A stretch of DNA of 62,069 nucleotides, the filler included, from Globobulimina sp. (lineage: Eukaryota), in assembly GCA_003354225.1 (NCBI GenBank). It is 30 parts of 30 records of this genome, joined end to end, with 100 filler letters (N's around TTAATTAATTAA, not from the genome) between each part and the next. Parts side by side here need not be neighbours in the genome. Positions count along the whole stretch, not along the records: positions 55,958 to 57,928 come from PIVH01010107.1; positions 58,029 to 59,999 come from PIVH01010108.1; positions 60,100 to 62,069 come from PIVH01010109.1; 27 more parts are not named here. One strand, written 5' to 3'. How positions within the stretch are numbered: the first letter of the stretch is position 1; every line of letters starts with the position of its first letter. The translations under genes and the position numbers were made by a program. Below, one piece after another: positions 57,467-62,069 of this stretch. The notes below the pieces were generated by a model that saw nothing but the letters and a program-made list of their open reading frames with translations, was not told where the DNA came from and ran no database searches.

Positions 57467-57551
57467 GAAAAAGTGCGACGCCACAAAAATAGAAAAAGTG
57501 AGGCGTCACAAAAATTGAAAAAGTGAGACGAAAAAGTCCGACGCCGCAAAT
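57467..57551 (+). repeat. Degenerate 25-bp minisatellite (~3.5 copies)
   Basis: GAAAAAGTGCGACGCCACAAAAATA / GAAAAAGTGAGGCGTCACAAAAATT / partial copies. Confidence 0.75.
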
Positions 57552-57598
57552 GCTCTGACGTTTTAAAGTTTTAAAGTACAGCATCAAATCCATCCATA

Positions 57599-57928
57599 AT
57601 GCCAACCTTTTTGCCCTCAGTGAAGGTATCTTATGATGAAGCAGTGGTGCAGGAAGTGACAGTGACAGAGAATTATGATGAAAATAAACCATCAAAAGGA
57701 TCTAATTCATTATGGGACAAACTGTTGTATTTTGTTATTGGTTGGATTTTGTTAATGTTTATCTGTGTTATCGGATGTATTTTGTTGCTGAAAATGCGAC
57801 ATAAGCATAAGGACAGGAACAAAGAGAAAAAAAAAGCATTTTCAAATAGTACTGATATAATTACCATCGATTCAAGATCAGTAAGTCCACGAATTGTGGC
57901 TGTTAATACGAGCAATATTAATTGGACA
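57599..57928 (+). CDS. Single-pass membrane protein fragment
   Basis: TM helix followed by basic stop-transfer residues; no clear 5' end. Confidence 0.45.
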
Positions 57929-58172
57929 NNNNNNNNNNNNNNNNNNNNNNNNNNNNNNNNNNNNNNNNNNNNTTAATTAATTAANNNNNNNNNNNNNNNN
58001 NNNNNNNNNNNNNNNNNNNNNNNNNNNNTTTTTTGTTTATGTTGTTCTTTCTATTTTTTTGTATCATTTTTCTTGTTTTCCTAATATGTACAGTTTGGAA
58101 TCGCTTCTCTTTCAAAAAGGAAAAACTTTCAAGTTCACAGTTACTAATCTTATCTGTTAGAAAATCTTAATA

Positions 58173-58211
58173 TCAGTTTGAAACTGAATGCGTTTTTTAG
58201 TTTGAAACTGA
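58173..58211. repeat. Pair of palindromic TCAGTTTGAAACTGA-type units
   Basis: 58173-58187 (perfect) and 58199-58211; the same unit occurs in the intron at 19352-19407. Confidence 0.6.
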
Positions 58212-58459
58212 ATAAAAATATTACTTTTTTTGAACAGAACCTGGTGGCGATTTTAAAATGAATAAGTTTTGCAAATTATATCAAGCCAAAGTTGGTGGAC
58301 AAAAGAAATCAATTAAAGATTTCACCTCATACACAAGTAAGAAACACTAATAAATAGTATAAACAAAACATGGATACAGGCCCTTTTATTTGGGGGTGAA
58401 GCCAATGAACAAAGGTAAATAAAAATATTAGGAACTAAATATAATGATATATATAGTTT

Positions 58460-59880
58460 CCTTAATCCAAAAGGATTGGTGATAGGTTCGTTAGGTCCAC
58501 TTGGTATAGGTAGTTAAATCTTTTTGTTTCTTTTACGAACTGAAGAATGTTTTTCCAGATTCTAACTTGAGTCATTATTTCTAGCTCTTTCTCAATGTCT
58601 TGAGGTCTTTGAATTGTGTATGGGTAGAATAGCTCCTATTTAGGCTGAATCTATTTCCATCTCGAAATCCTATCCAGATATCATGGAATGAGTCTATGCG
58701 GGACATTTGATAAAATAATGGTGGATTGTTTCTGTTTTGTTGATATCGCATTGTCCATAGTTTGGGGAATTTACATCGCTATTATCTGAGTCTTTGTATT
58801 TATGTTTAAATAAAAAAGCATTTAGTTCAATGTGTCCAGTTATTATTCTAATCATTATTGCTGCTTCGTCTTTATTTAGATATTTAATTATTTTATTTAA
58901 TTTGTTATGGAGATTTGGATTGTTTTGGTACATTTTGTAGCTGTCTTGGTTAGGTTTTGTGTTTCTATTTTTCCATGATCTGCTCCAATGGAAATAAATT
59001 TGTTTGTGTAGTTGTGTTATTGTTGTATTATAAGATATGTTGCTGTATAATGTTTGGTCATGTTTTGCTGAAAAATTGGCCATTCGATCAGCTTCATCAT
59101 TAAATATATTATTATGGGACTTTATTTTAATGAAAGATATGAAAATATTCGGTGAGATTTGCATTATTTTCAACTAATATTTTTGTATCATTATACTTCT
59201 GGAAATTTTGGCCATTAATAAATTGTAAAAGAGGCAAATTATCAATGTAAATTTTGTAGTGCATGGATGTATTAGTTCGATTTTTCAATATATACTTTAA
59301 TATTATGTGGACAGCCTCAATCTCCGCAGTTGTTATTGTCACTGGGATTTTGAAGTAATAAATCTGTTTAAATGGTGAAATATGTGATGGTTGGGGTGGT
59401 ATATATGCTGCAGCTGGGTCACATGATCCATCCGTAAAAGCGATGGTTATTTTATTATCAATAGGTTTAGTTGGATTTGCCGGCGATAGATTTACATCAA
59501 AGTTTGTAGGCAATGATTTTAAATTATACGCAGGAGACGAAGTGACCTGAATTTTATTCATTTTATTAAAATCCAGTGCCAGTGCTTTAATTTCATTATT
59601 AGATTTACAATAATTTGATGCGATTATTAAGGGATTTTTGTTTAAGTTTATGAATTTATTTGGATTTATTTTATTTGGTTCCTGTATCGGTGGGATTGTA
59701 TTGTTTGTTTTATTCAATGGATGGTATGCATTATTATAATAAGCTCGAGCCAGTTGCCGCATCGTTAAGTATTGGGCTCTATGTTGTATTGGCTCTATTT
59801 TTAGGAAGAATTGGCTGATATACATTGGCGAATCTAATCTGCAGGGAATTGCCAATCGGAGAAATTTATTTTGAAGGATT
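58460..59880 (-). mobile_element. Decayed non-LTR retrotransposon (RNase H-bearing LINE), 3' part
   Basis: RNase H FTDGS, AEIEAV, IYIDN and KSH..EADRMA; RIITGH; ETIHHYFIKCP; terminal LQFVKETKRF; a frameshift and in-frame stops. Confidence 0.85.
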
Positions 59881-60099
59881 GTAAGTAAATTACAGGGTTA
59901 ACTCCTATAAGACGCAGAATCATATATATTATGACTATAATATGACTATAAAGTATGGAGGAACTTTGCCACAAAATTATAGTCGTATATTCAACTATGN
60001 NNNNNNNNNNNNNNNNNNNNNNNNNNNNNNNNNNNNNNNNNNNTTAATTAATTAANNNNNNNNNNNNNNNNNNNNNNNNNNNNNNNNNNNNNNNNNNNN

Positions 60100-61957
60100 C
60101 AGCTGAAACATTGTTGCTTTATTTCGCCGACGAGAGTACATTTGCTCGCTTCAATTCCAGGGAATTAACCGCATTGATTGATGAAATTGCTCTGCATTTA
60201 TCCAAATTGGAGAGCAGTCTCCGTTATGAATTGTTAAATTCATTATATTACGACAAAAAATCAAATGGTTATTCCTCTCTATTACATATATGTTTTTGTC
60301 GAATGATAACTGATCATTCATTAACATATACATTATGGCGAACGATATATATATTTTGTGAGTTTGGTTTAAATCCAATAAATGTAAACTATTTAGCAGC
60401 GAATCAAATTATGCCTCGGAATTCTATGAAAGAATCATTAAAATCATTACTTGAAATTGAAGAAGAAAATGAAATGAAGGAAATGAAAACACAAATAAGA
60501 ACATTAAAATCACAACAGTCAACACCCTCTTCTGTGGAATTTAATATTGGTGATATCAATGATGTATTTGGTGACAGTGATCACATAGTTTATCAACAAC
60601 AAACACAAAGAATGTCACCTTTTCATTGTAAATTAAAAGCGGAACCCTTATCATGGACGGATTTACAATTGAATATAAACGAAAATGATGACATAACAAA
60701 GCGAAATATTATTGAAGTGTTGTCGTATTGCGGCAAATATAAATGTAATGATTATTATTCGCCTGCGATATTCACACTGTATGTCAATTTACATTCGTTA
60801 TCATCATGTTTAACAATATTGGGCAATGCTTTTATTTCATTCAAACAGTTTACACCAAAAATGTTAACCTTTGCTTTGTGCAAATTATCGAAAAGTAAAA
60901 TATTGTCAATTGTTGATAATATTTCATATTATGATCATAATAAAATGAATAAGTATCAGATTTCAATCAAGAAATCAATAGATAGTTTAAGGTATGTTAT
61001 ACAGTATAACTACAACAATAAGTTTGCGCTGAACATTATGTACAATTTGAAGACAAACATAAATTATAATTATGCGCAAACTTACTTGACACATTTTTGC
61101 ATTAACTATTCCAACTCGTTGTGTTGACACTACCTTTAAGGCATAATATTAATGCATCATACAATCAATTATCCGATAAAAGATTCGCAAATTATTTATG
61201 TTATTTATATTTAATTAAATCTTTTTATAATAAATTCAAAAATGAATCATTAAATAGATTCAATACGAATGACAATGGTGCTGTGCAATTGCACTTAGAT
61301 AATAAAATATTAGCAGCCGTTCATTTATATACATTTGAGGATATGACATATTTTGAGAGTGATATTATTGGCCACGATACAGAGAATAAATGGATTTGCA
61401 TTTGGTTTGATTGTCTAATATCCTCTCATAATATTTATAGCAAAAAATGGATAGATTGGATCCGGACAAATATATTAAAAAAATTAAATGATTCGCAAAA
61501 AGAATATTTATCTCAATATTTAACAAACAGAGGACAGACATTAATAGAAAATTGTGCTAATTATCAATTAAAATGTAGCATTATTGATATTTTACAAAGG
61601 AAATTAGAAAAAGACAAGAATAATACATGTGTGGCTTCATATGTTTCTCCAAAATTGTTTTTAAAGAATATTGTATTAAAAGATCCAGCATTAGTTCAAA
61701 AAATATTAATTCACTGTTTAAATGAGGCAAACTATAAAGATTTATGTGTGACTTCATTATGGTTTGTATTAACAAATTCTTCATTTTGTATAACACATTC
61801 TTTCGTTAATCAAATTATACAAATTATGATAAATTTTAGTGGCAATAATAGCCATGTTGTGAATGGATGTTTGCAATGCATATTAGATTCAATATTTTCA
61901 ATTAGAACTACTTCACTCGAAAATAATGAGTATTCGCAAAAGAATATAACATTGTAG
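60100..61957 (+). CDS. Large helical-repeat-like hypothetical protein fragment, one probable intron
   Basis: Two long ORFs can be joined by a GT-AG intron; Leu-rich helical composition. Confidence 0.5.
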
Positions 61958-62069
61958 AGATGTTATACTTTACCTTATTGACTCCTTCTTCTTATTGTTT
62001 CCTATTTAAACCTTGAGTTATTATTCACTTAAAAACCTTTACTAAAGTCCTAAACCAGCCTTTACTCCT

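Noticed and set aside
57467-57551. 25-bp repeats as a possible CRISPR array
   Set aside because: The copies are directly tandem and degenerate, with no unique spacers and no cas genes.
1976-60099. Regularly spaced TTAATTAATTAA repeats with ~2-kb spacers, suggesting an array or nanochromosome-like structure
   Set aside because: They are embedded in fixed N44 pads and contigs are sorted by length, so this is a concatenation linker. ORF tails ending X..LIN are artefacts.
1-62069. Apparent chromatin/telomere gene cluster (POT1, H2A, EED, SET)
   Set aside because: The genes lie on different, arbitrarily ordered contigs, so there is no linkage information.

Overview
This window is not contiguous DNA. 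It is 30 unrelated contigs of 1,970-1,975 bp, sorted by length and joined by 29 artificial 100-bp linkers (N44-TTAATTAATTAA-N44), so neighbourhoods across linkers mean nothing and most genes are partial. About 28-29 contigs come from an AT-rich, gene-dense eukaryote with short (mostly ~50-100 nt) GT-AG introns. I infer a foraminiferan/rhizarian protist from the P-T-x-D/E repeat proteins, SPRY genes and the HFDISLEN kinase. Recognisable genes include POT1, histone H2A, EED/ESC, ceramide synthase, HACD, LTA4H, VPS13, NCKX, a SET protein, CFA synthase and a decayed LINE. Contig 8299-10272 is Bacteroidetes DNA, and contig 16594-18566 joins a eukaryotic gene to a bacterial-type PiT gene. The most notable signals are: (1) a eukaryotic RelA/SpoT-like nucleotidyltransferase domain fused to a WD40 propeller; (2) an 11-bp motif, GTGCRAGGATA, seen 7 times, only in non-coding DNA and mostly just past gene 3' ends; (3) frequent atypical GTTAA(GT) splice donors; (4) a candidate two-component-controlled Bacteroidetes sRNA; (5) an H2A ending in SMEY rather than SQEY. 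All calls come from motif recognition by eye; no searches were run.
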